A stretch of DNA of 64,000 nucleotides from Octopus bimaculoides (GCF_001194135.2 NC_068998.1:40548487-40612486); one strand, 5' to 3'. Positions 15,001 to 30,452 are shown, numbered from the stretch's first letter. The notes: generated by a model from the sequence alone, not told the origin. A program made the numbers and translations.

Positions 15001-18000
15001 CAACATTGATCCAGTACCAGACTTATGATCAAAGGTGTTCCAGCCATGACCATCCCACTTTTTATTTATTCAAACTTATTGTATTGATCATCAAATCTGT
15101 CATTTCTTTCTTAAGAGAGTAAGGTTGGCACGAAAGAGATTTGGCTATTATTTCAAGCATGAGGCTTTATCTAGCAATGACCAAAGGCATCTAATCTATC
15201 AATTCAAGCCAACACTGACCAGAAGTGTCAAACACTGACTAACAGCGATCGATGTTGACCTTCACTAACCAGCAGTGTCCAACATTGACCAAGACTTATT
15301 AACACTGACCAGCAGTTACATGCTAAAAAATATAGAAGAGAAATATTTACCGGTCATCCAAATTGGTGAATTGACTTCATAATGACCACTCCATGGTTCA
15401 TATGCGGTCATTAGTCCACAACGGTTGTATGGTAAAGTGGAGTAGTAACTGGCAATGAGGTTCCAAGATATTGTACTGAAATAGAAAGACCGACAAGGAT
15501 TAATGATGGTGATGGTGATGGTGGTCAAGATTATTATGATCATGATGACAATAATAACAATGGTGATGAGGAGGATGATGTTACCAGTGACGTTGATGAC
15601 ATAAGGAGGAGGACTATGATGATGATGACATTGATGATGTCACTGGTGATGTTGATGACAATGATAGGAAGAGGAGGAGGAGGACAATGATAATAGTGAT
15701 GAGGTAGAGGAAAAGGAAGTTGACAACAATCACGATGATGATGATGATGATGGTCATAACAAAAATGATGACAATAACGAAAATAAAATTTTTTTAACAA
15801 AAGTACAGAAACACAAGTTTGAGGTGAGTATGAATGTATAATCAATTATGCAATTATTAATGTTGTTCTTGGGAATAGTAGACAATCTATGCCAAAATAT
15901 ACAAACAGAGATGGTCATGGCTGGAACGCCTCTGATCATAGGTCTACTCAGTCAGAGCTAACATGAGGCTGAATTACTACTAAACTTACTATGAGGGCAG
16001 ACTTGACCAGTTACCTGGTTTTAACCCCAAAAACCTGATCCTTAAATGCCTACAACCAAGTCTACTCTGTCGAAAGTTTATAGACCAAGTTCTGTATTTA
16101 AGGAAGATAACTCAATATCTTTTCCCTTCTTACAGTAGCAACATGAGAAGTTATCCTTTCTGCCTTCCTTTTGCTCACCTGGCATCACTTTCTGATGCTG
16201 TGTGAAGGCTGAAGTCATATATATGTATTATATATATATATATTCATATATTTTTTGACAAACATAACTGAATGATTAATCAAATACTCAATTAGTTAAG
16301 TGGTTAAATAGTCAACCAATTGACAAATGATGATAATGAAGTGAAATAGAACCAGTGTGTGTTTATTATTGACATAATAACCCTCCTGAGATACTGGGTT
16401 GGGCTAAGAGTCCGTTTGTTTGTTTTTGTTTTTTTTTAAAGTGAAAATAAGAACTGAAAGTGACAAAAAGTAGAAGAGAAAGAAAGTCAGAGTTTTTGTA
16501 GAATTCTTAGAGAATAAATCTAATACTCACCTAGACATGTAACCATTGACATAATTTTGATTGAGAATCTGAAATAGAAAATTCAGAAAAAGAGAAATTA
16601 TAATTTAATCCTTTCATGAGCTTCTACTGGTTTCACTCATTCTATGTAGCCATGTTGGAACATTGGTAGGAAAGTGAAAATAAACAGGCCCATGTAAAAA
16701 ACCTTATTTCTGATAAGAATATATGACATAATATGATTAACTGTCACCATGTGATTGCCAACCCTGCAAGAAATAGCAACCAAATCGCCCTCAAATCACA
16801 TCCTAGCATCTTCAAAAAAGAAATACTGCATCAGAAAAACTTAGCCTTAGATACTCCCAAAAAGAACAGGATGGTCATAGTTGGATTGTCTTTGATGACA
16901 GACTTATTCAATCAATGTTAACCTGAGACTAAACAACAACACTACAACAAAACATGGGAAGCCTTTCTCTATACAATTGCTTTCCCTGTTAGAAATATTA
17001 ACCTTATCTCCCTCAAATCACATTCTACCATACATTAACAAAAACAGAACAGACACTTTAAATAATGTAGTCTTAGATACTCTTAAAGACTTAAAATAGA
17101 TTGGAAGTACTCATGTAACCAGGAGAGGTTCAACAGGTTCAGACAATCCACATGTACACTCCTAGCAGTTCTATGCAAATATGATAATTAGCTAACATTT
17201 ATTATAATTACATGTTTTCTGCAAATTAAATGATTTAATGGTTCAGACAATCCACATGTACATTGCTAGCAGTTCTATGCAAATATGATAATTAGCTAAC
17301 ATTTATTATAATTACGTGTTTTCTGCAAATTAAATGATTTAATGGTGGAGGTATTTTGATAATTGAAATCACCACCCCATCTCCAGTCAAAATCATGGCA
17401 ACACCCATGGAATAATTACAGTCAGAGTGCTCCATGGTCATAGATTTTTCTTAATTTAGCTTGATCTAGGATTAAACAACATTCAATGATTACATTGTTG
17501 TTGTTGGCACTCTGTTGCTTACGACGTTGAGGGTTCCAGTTGATCCGATCAACGGAACAGCCTGCTTGTGAAATTAACGTGCAAGTGGCTGAGCACTCCA
17601 CAGACACGTGTACCCTTAACGTAGTTCTCAGGGAGATTCAGCGTGACACAGTGTGACAAGGCTGACCCTTTGAATTACAGGCACAACAGAAACAGGAAGT
17701 AAGAGTGAGAGAAAGTTGTGGTGAAAGAGTACAGCAGGGTTCGCCACCATCCCCTACCGGAGCCTCGTGGAGCTTTAGGTGTTTTCGCTCAATAAACACT
17801 CACAACGCCCAGTCTGGGAATTGAAACTGCAATCCTATAACCGCAAGTCCGCTGCCCTAACCACTGGGCCATTGCGCCTCTACATTGATTACATTAGACC
17901 AGTGGTATCCTTTTCTTCACTATCTGGTTATTTCTAATGCAGGATATGCTTGATCAAGTCTGACCTAAGGCTATACAACAATAACAAGAGCTAATGCAAA

Positions 18001-19819
18001 ATACTATTTCAAGCAATGTAAAATAGTATTGTAGCCAATCCAAAATGTTATTTCAACCAACCCAAAATATCATTTCAGCCAATCTAAAATGTTATTTCAA
18101 CCAAAGTAAAATATTTCTTCCAATTCAAAATGCAATGCAAAATACTAAAAAAGTTATTTCAAACAATCTAAAATACTATTTCAATCATTCTATAATGCTA
18201 TTTCAGCCAATCTAAAATGCTACTTCAGCCAATCTAAAATGCTACTTCAGCCAATGCAAAATGTTATTTCAACCACTGCAAAATGTTATTTCAACCACTG
18301 CAAAATACTGTTTTAACCAATGCAAAATGCTATTTTAACCAATGCAAAATGCTACTTCAACCAATGCAAAATGCTACTTCAGCCAATGCAAAATGCTATT
18401 TCATCTGATGCAAAATGTTATTTCAGCCAATCTAGAATGTTATTTCCAGTTAATGAATAAACTACAGACAATAAACTTACCCTGGCCCAGCATCCAGCGC
18501 CAACATTATTATTAAAAGTACTGTAATCCTCTGATGACCAGAGAGGTCGACCGGTCTTCATGGCTTTGTCAGTACTGACTGTACCAGGGTAATGGACACT
18601 ACAAAGACAAATAGAAGATGATGTTGGGGTCATCATGCTATAATTGAATTCTTCATCATTATTATTAGCTTTAGGATTTTGTTTATTTTTGTTTTCACTT
18701 TTTCTGTCTTTTCCACATTGCCAGTCACATCACTATAACCATCATCATCATCATCACAAACATCATTATCATCATTACCCCCCTATCACTACACCTACCA
18801 TCATCTAGATCTTCTCTATTGCCTATAGCAAGGTATATTATATCAAAACAAACTATATCACTCTCAGAATGGTAAACATTGAAAAATTATAACTCAAGCA
18901 GTTGTAATTTGGAGAATATTTGTAGAAACACACACATCATCATCGTTCCATGCTAGCATGGGTTGAATGTTTTGACAGGAATCTGATGGGTCCAAGGACT
19001 GCATCATACTCTAATGTCTGCTTTGGCACAGTTTCTAAAGCCTGCATGCCCTTCCTAATGCTAACCACTTTTCAGCATACACTGAGCACGTTTTTGTGCC
19101 ACCAGCATTATTGAGAACTCCAAGCAGTTTGCAAGACTTTAAAACCCCGAGGAAGGTAGGAAGGCTTTCAGCTGGGGGATAATGGGGTTAAAGTATGAAA
19201 AAGGGAGTTCTTGTTGGTTGAGTGGAACAGTTACTTACACTGAACCTTTTAACATTCAGATTTCTTCATCAAACATAAAGCTTATTTATTGACATTATCT
19301 TGCATTAATCATACATTATCTTGTAGCTTCAAGATTTCAATGGTGTGTTTCTATATTTTTAGAATTACATTGTAGGGTAGGTGTGAGCTGTTGGATCTGG
19401 TCAGTTTTAATATGAAACAGGTAGAATATTTGGGCTGACAGAGAGATAGATAGGCAACATTTCTTTTTGCAATTTCCATATTTTCAACAACTTCATCATA
19501 TATTATCCAAAACGAAAAGTTTTCCAGTGTTTTCTCTGAGAATGGTTTCATTCTCTTTGACTATTATTCTCTATCCACTCCCTTTCTTCACTCAATCTAT
19601 CTCTCTAAATCTCTATGTATCTTCCCCCTCCCTCCTCTATGTCTTCTTAACTCTAACCATCCTCCTGTGTTTACTTTAGTCGAAGAAATCAACCCCTTGA
19701 CTTATTCTTTGTAAGCCTAGTACTTATTCTGTTGGTCTCCTTTGCCGAACCACTAGATTACAGGGACGTAAATACACCAGCACTGGTTATCAAGCAATGA
19801 TGGGGGAACAAACACTAAC

Positions 19820-19863
<44 letters not shown>

Positions 19864-22800
19864 CGGGCTTCTTTCAGTTTCCGTCTATCAAATCCACTCA
19901 CAAGGCTTTGGTTGGCCTGAGGCTATGGTAGAAGACACTTGCCCAAGGTGCCACACAGTGGGACTGAATCCGGAACCATGTGGTTCGTAAGCAAGCTACT
20001 TACCACACAACCACTCCTTTTTTTGTGTGAAAAGATGCCTCCATCATTCTGAAGACTTTAGTGAAAACATTGGAAAAAATCTCCATCAAAACAGAGAAAT
20101 TCCAACTTATGTGGGCCATCTGATCCGAAACTCTGTTTTCCAGAAACTCCTCCTCACCCCCTTCCAAAAATTTTGCCTACAAATTTCTTTGTAATTGTAA
20201 TTTACATTGAAAGGTATTTATATAAAATTTCATTTGAAAATGCCTATTTTCCAGAAAGTTATGAGGGGGGAATTGTCAGGTCCTGTGAGTTTCCTGAAAC
20301 TCTTCTCTCCAAACCCTCAGAAAAATTTTCCAACAAATCTTTACATATACTCAATCTACAGGATATAAGCGATTATTTGGTGAAAGTTTCATTAAAAAGT
20401 ATCCATTTTTCTGGAAGTTATGAGGCAATAAAATGAGTGGGGTATTAAAAGTTAACGTTAACGGATTAACATCAACTTCTGTTATATTTTCAAAGAATTA
20501 ACGAAGTTAACTTTTTGGTTAATGGATTAACGGTTAACAAAGTTAACTTTTCGATTAGTCATGGCCAGTGCCAGTGACAAGTAAAAGGCACCCAGTACAC
20601 TCTGTGGAGTGGTTGGCATTAGGAAGGACATCCAACCGTGGAAACCAAGCCAAAACAGACTGGAGCCTGTTGCAGCTCTCAGGCTTACCAGCTCCAGTCA
20701 AACTGTCTTACCCATGCTAGCATGGAAAATGGACACTCAATGATGATGATGAAGGTGTGTGTGTGTGTGTATGCATGCACATGCACTTAATTCTATTTTA
20801 CAGCAGTATAAACAACATATTATACCCAATGTAAGAAACAGCTGCTTGCAGTTCTTCATCCTTCAACATTGCATCTGCAATAGACCAGCCACCATCTGCT
20901 GCAACAATCTGTACATTTGACAGTCCGTTAGTGTTCAGACATTTCCGGAGAATCTGGCAAGTCAAATAAAAGTATGATATTTCTTTGTATGAGGCACAGG
21001 CCTAAATGAGGACTAGCATGTTATTAAAAAGAGATGTAATCAATGAAATTAGACCTTCAATAGGGGACAGGTGCATGAACAATGCTCTAGTTTTTTAATT
21101 CAGAATGAAGATACACAAACGTAAGTTGTCTCATCTTAAACACTCTTCATTCTGGAGTTGCTGCATCTGCATAGCCACACAAAACATAAAAATCCTGAAG
21201 AAACACCACACTTTGTCTGATGATTCTGCTAAGCCATCACCCTGAATAAGTATTCTATTTCACCAATCCCAAAAGGCTGATAGGACAAGTTGACCTAGGC
21301 AGGAGTTAAACTCAGAATGTAAAAAAAACTATAACTAAATACTGCAGCAGTTTTGGTTTAATACTCAAATGATTTTGCCAATTTACTGCCTAAGACTCAG
21401 GTTGACAAAATAAATACCAGTAACATGCTGGAGTCAATTAAATCAGCTATACCATTTACATCAAAACATATGAGAAATCCTTATTATTATCCCTGTTGGG
21501 TTATGAAAATTTGGGTCATTTTATTCCCTTGTGCCATGTTCCTATCCCTTAATAATTCATCCCTTCAGTTCTTCATTTAACTGCTCTTAGAGGCCTAGTA
21601 GAATAATCACGATTTTTGTTTCTACTTGAAGGACATTTTAAAAGCAAAAGTGTCAATTATTCAAACACTGACACATGGCTGGATTTAGACATGGTAAGGC
21701 CCTGAGCTATGGAATCCCATAATGGCCATATCTGAAAATTGGTAACAAAACTAAGACTGTGTAAGAACTGAACTTAGCAATAATGCTATCAAAGTGCATA
21801 ACAATTCCATGTGTAAGCTCACAAACTTGTAATTTCTTTATTTTGGTTTCTGTATTAGTTAGAGGAGAAAAGGCAGCACTCATGGTTTAAACTAGGTGAC
21901 AAATTAAGTGTACCACCCAAGAATAGAAATAGTTCATCCACCAGGCTTCCATACAATTTCAATCTACCCAATTTTACTCACAAGATTAGGGTTAAAATGG
22001 GGAAATGGTAAAAGACACTTGCCCAAAGTGCTGTGCAGTGGAATTGAACTTAAAACAACATGAATGTGAAGCAAACTACTTAAACCATAGAACCATTCCA
22101 GAAAATTATTACTCAAAGATAAATTACACTAAAACTATGAATAAAAAATAATTCTGAGATTTTAAAAGACCCTTTTCAGGCTCAAAGTCAATGATTCCCC
22201 CCAGTGGCAGTGTCTTAGAAAATTGTGATGGGGCATGGTGACATAGTCACCAGGCACAAGATTCTCATTAATTCACTTTTTCTTAGTCAATAATGTACTT
22301 TTTTCTGTACTCAATACGTAATAAAAAAGTTACCAGTAGATTCTTCTGTAAAAAATAATTATGATAAAATATGATAAAGTTGTTTTTTTTCCAACCACTG
22401 GTCAGACATACAGTTTGCTGGAAAGTTATAGTGGGGCCTGGGGAGAATATAGGTTGGGAAACACAGCTCTAAGTTATAGTTTGTTTAGCTTGTACCTAAA
22501 TCCAGCACTGCACTTACGGTTCATTAATAAATGATTTAATAGCTCACATACTTAAATCTAAATACTGAAGGAGAAGAAAAAGAAATAAAAATATTTATAT
22601 ATACACACTTTGATATAATCTGCTGTGAAGGCACGTTCATTCCAGATCTGGAAAATAAAATATTTTAAATAGTCATTTGAAATATACAATAATCAAGAAT
22701 AAAGTTTGTTTAATGACTCTTGCTATGCAATTAATGGCTTAGACGGGAGGTAATTAAGGCAGGATTTTTACAACCAGACGCTCTTCCTGCTGCCAGTCTA

Positions 22801-25800
22801 TACCTGACTTTTCTATAAGGGATTTTTTTGCTTTTTTTTTTTTTCAAAATGAATTTGAAAGTGCAGAGCTAGTGGATGATTTGTTGACACAGGAAATATC
22901 AACAAACTTCAGTATTTGCAGCTTAGTGGAGATTGTAAACATTTACACACACACATATACATACAAGTAGTATACAGATATATATGCACACACACACACA
23001 CACACAATGGACTTCTTTCAATTTCAGTGCCACGTGAAAAGCACCCAGGCCACTTTTATAAAGTGGTTGGCATTAAGAAGGGCATACAACCATAAAAACC
23101 ATGCAAAATACAGACAGTGAAGCCTGGTGCAATTTTCTGGCTTGCTAGCACCTATAAAACTGTCCAACCCATGCCAGCATGGAAAACAGACATTAAATGA
23201 TGATGATGATGCTTTGTACTAGTTATATAAGATATGTGTAAAAAGTATGAGGCTGTGTGGGAGTTGGCTATGGTATATAGAACTATGGAGATATGTAAGA
23301 TGTGAGATATCACAAGACAGTAAATATAGAAAACTAATGTAAGGTGTGTATGTGTAAAGTTTGATAACACTTGTGAGGTGGAGATTTTCAAAGTTGCCAT
23401 CAAAATTCAGTGAACTTCAACGAAGAAGTACATAGAGTCTATTTTGCCGAGTCATGATGATCGGTTGGAAGAGAGGAGGAAGAGGGGAAGAAAGGGTGAG
23501 GAAGAGAAAGGAGGAAGGGAGGGAAAGAAAGAGTGGGGAGACAGAGGGAAGAAAAGGGCAAGGAGGGGTGATGGGGGAGATGTGGGGAGCAGGAGAGGAA
23601 GAGGAAGACAATGACAATGATGATGGTGATGTGAAACAAGTTAGTGGGAAGAACAATAATTATAAGGATGATAAATGTGAATACCCGTCAGAGTGTAAGT
23701 ATCTTGAGAGAAAAGCTGAACATTAGAAGCATCAGTTGTGGCGTGCAAGAGAGACGATTGCGCTGGTACGGACATGTGGTGAGAATGGAGGAGGATAGCT
23801 GCGTGAAAAAGTGCCACACCCTAACAGTTGAGGGAACCCGTGGAAGAGGTAGGCCCAGGAAGACCTGGGCTGAGGTGGTGAGGCAAGACCTTCGTACATT
23901 GGGCCTCACCGAGGCGATGACTACGGACCGAGACCTTTGGAAATGGGCTGTGCGTGAGAAGACCCGGCAAGCCAAGTAAGATCGTTGCCAGTGCCCCTGG
24001 ACTGGCTTNNNNNNNNNNNNNNNNNNNNNNNNNNNNNNNNNNNNNNNNNNNNNNNNNNNNNNNNNNNNNNNNNNNNNNNNNNNNNNNNNNNNNAAAAGAC
24101 ACCATTTCGAGCGTGGCCGTTTTCGTGCGGGTGACACATAAAAGCACCCACTACACTCTCTGAGTGGTTGGCGTTAGGAAGGGCATCCAGCTGTAGAAAC
24201 TCTGCCAAATCAGACTGGAGCCTGGTGTTGCCATCCGGTTTCACCAGTCCTCAGTCAAATCGTCCAACCCATGCTAGCATGGAAAGCGGACGTTAAACGA
24301 TGATGATGATGATGATGATGAAATATGATGGTGTTCATGATGATGATGATGATGATGATAGATCCAAATGAAGCTGACCAAGACAACAATGATTATAATT
24401 ATGATGATGATGATGATGTACATGATGCTGCAAGAAAAGAAGGAAAAGAACAATGAGGCAGTGATGACATGCCAGAACATGGTGGTGGTAGCGATGGCGG
24501 CGGCAGCGACGTCAACAGCAGCAGCTGCAGCAACAACAAGAAACAGCAACCAATAATAATACTCACCCCAACATAGTCCATGGTCAAATTGTGATGGGTC
24601 TTGGCACCAAGAATCCATTTAGTTACATAAGTTGCTGTCACCAAGGGAGTCTTATAAGGGCTCAAAGTTCCATTGCCAATCCAATAAGGGAAGCCCCAAG
24701 GTAGACAATAGAGTTTTATTGAAGGGTTTCTCTGAAAGATAATCAAAAAATAATTATATTAGAAAGAGATTACCATGTTTGGTAAATGATTGATTTTGTT
24801 GAAATGAGATCCTAATTTCCAGCAGACTTCAAGTTCTTACCTTTTTTGCTTCCTTAAGTAACCACCATTCATAACCTCGGAAATAGTTCTCTTCCCAACT
24901 GTTGTGCATATGGGATGCCTCACTGCCATCTGAAACAGGAAATGGTTATAGCAATTGATTTAATATTTATTTAATTAGTTCCTTAATGATATGGATGTCT
25001 TTCCTTTTTCTGTTTTTATAGATTAGTGTAGAGGAGGGACTCTGTAATCATGACCATCACAGGCCCTCCACTTACTGGTGAGATGTGTGTCTATGGACAA
25101 CAAAGATGAAGATGGAACAATGAGAGGAAGGGTTCAATGGGGTGGATATTGGCAGAGTGTTTAGCTATATCTCAAGACTGCCAGGTATAGCAAGGAGGGG
25201 ACAGTTGTGTCTGATGCCCCCAACTTTCAGCCATAAGGATGGACATATACATTCATTCATGTGTGTATGTATGTGTGTGTGTGTGTGTGTGTTTGTGTAC
25301 ATATAGGCATAGGAGTGACTGTGTGGTAAGTAGCTTGCTTACCAACCACATGGATCTGAGTTCAGTCCCACTGCGTGGCACCTTGGGCAAGTGTCTTCTA
25401 CTATAGCCTCGGGCCGACCAAAGCCTTGTGAGTGGATTTGGTAGACGGAAACTGAAAGAAGCCCGTCGTATATATGTATATATATGTGTGTTTGTGTGTG
25501 TGTGTCTGTGGTTGTCCCCCCAACATCGTTTGACAACCGATGATGGTGTGTTTACGTCCCCGTAACTTAGCGGTACGGCGAAAGAGACCGATAGAATAAG
25601 TACTAAGCTTACAAAGAATAAGTCCTGGGGTCGATTTGCTCGAGTAAAGGCGGTGCTCCAGCATGGCCACAGTCAAATGACTGAAACAAGTAAAAGAGTA
25701 TATATACACATATATCGTCATCATCAATTAACATCCATTTTCACAGGTTTAAGGACCCAATGCTAAACTATATATGCACTGTGACTTGCTGTTTGTAAAT

Positions 25801-27516
25801 AAGTGTAAGGGCCCAGTGTATTATTTGCTCAAGGACTTACAATTCTGTCTCAACCCTAACCCTCTCAACAACTGTTGGGAGCTGAAGTATTTTGTGGCCT
25901 TCATATGGTGAGGAACCCAGTCTTTGGGAAGCTGTTTTCACCATGTTATGAAGATTGTGAGTCCTATTATTAGCTGTGAGTCTGAGGGTTTAGTTGTTCG
26001 TTGTTTAAGCTATGACAAGGTTAGGTGGCTGGAGATATCCACTCATCTATGATATTAACTCACCTGTACTTTGAGCATCTCCACCAATTTCTACTTTCAG
26101 AATCTGCAATGAAGCTCCAAATCCTGGCTGAGGTTGAAAAAAATAGGAAAGAGAAAAGAAGTTTCATTAGAATATTTAATCAGATAGCAATTACACTATG
26201 TAACCCAATTTTTGTCCTTGGATAGCAATTGTTATTTACTTTTTACTTACTCCTAGAAAGTATGAAAAATGGCTAATATTTCCTTCAAACTTTGCTTTTG
26301 TTACATTTATTCAAACCCCAAAGAATCCCTCTCAACATATGGCTCAACCACCACTTGACAACTGGTGCTGGTTTGTTTACATCCCCATAACTTAGCAGTT
26401 CAGCAAGTGAAACTGATAGAATAAGAACCAGACTTCAAAGAAAAAACATAAATGCTCATGTAGATTTGTTTCACTAAATCCTTTGAAGGTGATGCCACAG
26501 AATGGCCACAATCCAATGACTAACTGAAATAAGTAAAGATCTCCATGTGTTTCTTGAAAAACAGGCACACCACATGTCTATGTGTCACAAGAGACAAATA
26601 AAAGGGTTAGCAACAGGAAGAGCATCCAGCTGTAAAACACTGTCACAGAAAACTCATCCCAATCCATGCCAACATGGAGAAGCAGACATAGCCATGGCTG
26701 TATGCTAAGAAGCTTGCTTCCCAACTATGTGGTCTTGGATCAAGTCCCACTGAGCGACATTCTGGGTGTCTTCCACTATAGTCTCAGTGGAAAACCATGT
26801 CTACAAACCACTACTACACCTGTTTACTATCAAGGAATTGCTGCAGATGTCACAGACTCAGTGCATGTCTGTGTGTCTTTGACCATAACATGCCCAATCA
26901 TCTATGCAGTGGATGTTGACAGTAAATTAAGTTTATTTGATACATGTCCCTCTCACAAAAAGCAGAACAGATACTCCAGTCTAGTAAAATGTGAATTGGA
27001 GAAATGCATGCTTTGACCAGGTTCATGATAGAGACAATATAGAAGATTATGTATTACATCCGTTATACAGATATAATTCATAATAGATGACTGTGGCAAT
27101 GTAGGCACCCACCATTTATGCTTGATCATTCAGCCAATTTTTCAGTGAGATAGACTACCCATCTTGTCACTCATCTCAGGTCTTCTCCGCTTGGAGATCT
27201 GGACCAAATGAGACCCCAAGTAAGTTAACTGGTCCCTCTGTGCAGCATCCCATGATGCTGCTGGATGGCATGGATCAGCCTAATCAAGTGCTAATAATGA
27301 TGATAATAATAATAATAATCTTTACAAGTTTTTGGCACAAAGACCGTAATTTTGGAGGAGGAAGAAAGTCAACTGCATCAACTCCAGTGCTCAGCTGGTA
27401 CTTATTTAATTGACCCTAAAAGGATGAAAGGCAAATTTGAACTCAGAACATAAAGATGGATGAAATGTTGCTAAGCATTTTGCCCAGCATGCAAATGATT
27501 CTGTCAGCTCACTGCC

Positions 27517-27559
<43 letters not shown>

Positions 27560-30417
27560 CCTTTCTACTGGAAGCACAAGGCCTCAGATTTGTAGGGAGA
27601 GGACTAGTCAATTACATCAACCACATTGTTTCACTAGTACTTAGTTTATCAACCCCGAAAGGATGAAAAGCAAAGTCGACCTCAGCAGAATTTGAACTTA
27701 GAATGTAGCAATGGGCAAAATACCGCTAAGCATTTCATCCAATGTGCTAATGATTCTACCAGCTCACCGCCCTCCTAATAATAATAATAATAATAATAAT
27801 AATCCTTTCTATTAAAGCACAAGGCCTGAAATTATGGGGGAGGGGTTAAGTCAATTACGTCAACCCCGGTACTTAACTGGTACTTAATTCATTGAACTCA
27901 GAAAGTAAAGACAAGTGGATAATAATGATGATGATATTAATAATAATAATGGTTTCAAATTTTGGTACAAGGCCAGTAGTTTTAGGGGTGGGAGTAGTGA
28001 GCTGATATCATCAACCTTAGTACTTGACTGGTTTTATTTTATCAACCCCAAAGAGATGAATGCCAAAGCAGAGCTTAGCAGGGTTTGAACTCAGAATATA
28101 ATGTTTGAGTCCCAATTTCTTTTTCGCAGTAACAACAACAACAAACAATGAAACTTACCTTGAATAAATAATCAAGTATTTCATTCCTTTGTTTTTCAGG
28201 GTAGTTTACAAGGAGTTTAGAGGTTGCCTAAAATAGAATAAAGAAACAAAGGGGAACATTATAATAGACAGGAGGACATTATGAGAGAGAGAGGCTGAGT
28301 ATGATTTGTCTCTTTTGTTAGTGACTGGCTTCAATTCTGCAAAAAAAACTTAGATAAACTGTGAAGAAAAACGTACACACATACACATGTATGTAGATAC
28401 ATACATACATATATANNNNNNNNNNNNNNNNNNNNNNNNNNNNNNNNNNNNNNNNNNNNNNNNNNNNNNNNNNNNNNNNNNNNNNNNNNNNNNNNNNNNN
28501 NNNNNNNNNNNNNNNNNNNNNNNNNNNNNNNNNNNNNNNNNNNNNNNNNNNNNNNNNNNNNNNNNNNNNNNNNNNNNNNNNNNNNNNNNNNNNNNNNNNN
28601 NNNNNNNNNNNNNNNNNNNNNNNNNNNNNNNNNNNNNNNNNNNNNNNNNNNNNNNNNNNNNNNNNNNNNNNNNNNNNNNNNNNNNNNNNNNNNNNNNNNN
28701 NNNNNNNNNNNNNNNNNNNNNNNNNNNNNNNNNNNNNNNNNNNNNNNNNNNNNNNNNNNNNNNNNNNNNNNNNNNNNNNNNNNNNNNNNNNNNNNNNNNN
28801 NNNNNNNNNNNNNNNNNNNNNNNNNNNNNNNNNNNNNNNNNNNNNNNNNNNNNNNNNNNNNNNNNNNNNNNNNNNNNNNNNNNNNNNNNNNNNNNNNNNN
28901 NNNNNNNNNNNNNNNNNNNNNNNNNNNNNNNNNNNNNNNNNNNNNNNNNNNNNNNNNTACATGTACATATATATGCATATACTCATATATATATATATAT
29001 ATATATACATACATACTAAAATATACATACATATAAAGGAGTAAAGACCCCTTCGGTCATGAATGACCATGGGATTGTATATCTAGAAAGCTCCCCTCTG
29101 AAGCACAGGTCCAGGCAAGATTCTTTCTGGAAGACCAACTGTCACCCATGCATACCAGTCTTCCTTCTCCATGCCACCGATGTCGTCCAAGAGAAAGGCA
29201 AAAGCTAATACACCTTGGCACCAGGGACATCACAACTGGAGCAACATGAAATGAAATGTCTTACTCAAGAACCCAATACACTGCCCAGTCCAGAAATCAA
29301 ACTCGCACACTCACAATTGTAAGCCCAACACTCTAACCACTGAGCTATGCACCTTCATACATACATACCTACGTGTGTGTGCGCCATGTGTGTATGTATT
29401 TACACACATATACATACAACTATGTATACTACAATATAGATATGCACATAGTACACACACACACACACACACACAAGCAACAAATTAGCAAAGTCATTAA
29501 GCATTGGATGGAATGCCTGTATTAGTTTGAAGGTTCAAACTGTCCTAGATTCCTGCCAACTTCGGATCTTTTCTGTTTGACTTCACTTTTTGAAATTTTA
29601 AAATTAAGTAAAATTCACAAATCTGGTATATTGATGTAATTTTTCACGCTGAATCTGATGTTATTATTCACTTGTTCTAGAAAAATTTCAGAAAAATGTT
29701 AGAGATTTAAAGTTTGATCATTTTTACCCAATCAGAAAACATGATTTGGAGCTGGCATTTTGTGCGTGATGACAACATTACGACGACAGAACATTCAACG
29801 ATGAAAATTTTAATAAGTTTTAATGAATAAAGTCATATGAAATGCTGAAAAATTACAAAAAAAACAACTGAAAATCAACGTTGATTACAATGAACGTTAA
29901 ATTATAGAAAACAAACTAGTTCAGTGCATGTAAACAATACATATTTTGTAGCGAAAATTCAAAACCGTAACTTTGCGATGCACACAAGGAGTTTGTCAAA
30001 TAAATTACAATTTTCGGCACTATCATGCTATTAGCTGTCAGAAGTGAAAGTGCTCACTGCTAGTGAAGTATCTGTCTGTCTGCCTGCCTGTTGCTGGCCT
30101 GTCGATTCTTTGGCTACTGACAGCTAATACCATGACTGGCCGGAGCGAGCTATATGTCTGTCTGTCTGTCTCTCTATCTATCTATCTATCTATCTATTAC
30201 TCGAAAGTTCGCGCGTCCGCGCTAGCTAGTCGTGAGTAGAAAACACAAATTTAATATAAAAACATATTTCCTGAAATTGCAAATTATTTAAAATATAAAA
30301 ATATAATTTTCAACAGAGAGAATTTATCAAAATAGAAAACAAATGAAGTTTGAATTTTAAAAATAATAGGATCGACCACTCACGACTAGCTAGCCCGGAC
30401 GCGCGAACTTTCGAGTA

Positions 30418-30452
<35 letters not shown>

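Noticed and set aside
17995-18445. Regular repeats as a CRISPR-like array
   Set aside because: Eukaryotic intron, no unique spacers, no cas genes
20826-22647. Weak donors GTGTGT and GTATAA as possible U12 introns
   Set aside because: Neither matches the GTATCCTT U12 consensus
23644-23979. 111-aa ORF as a host gene
   Set aside because: It is the C-terminus of an RTE LINE ORF, followed by the family 3' tail
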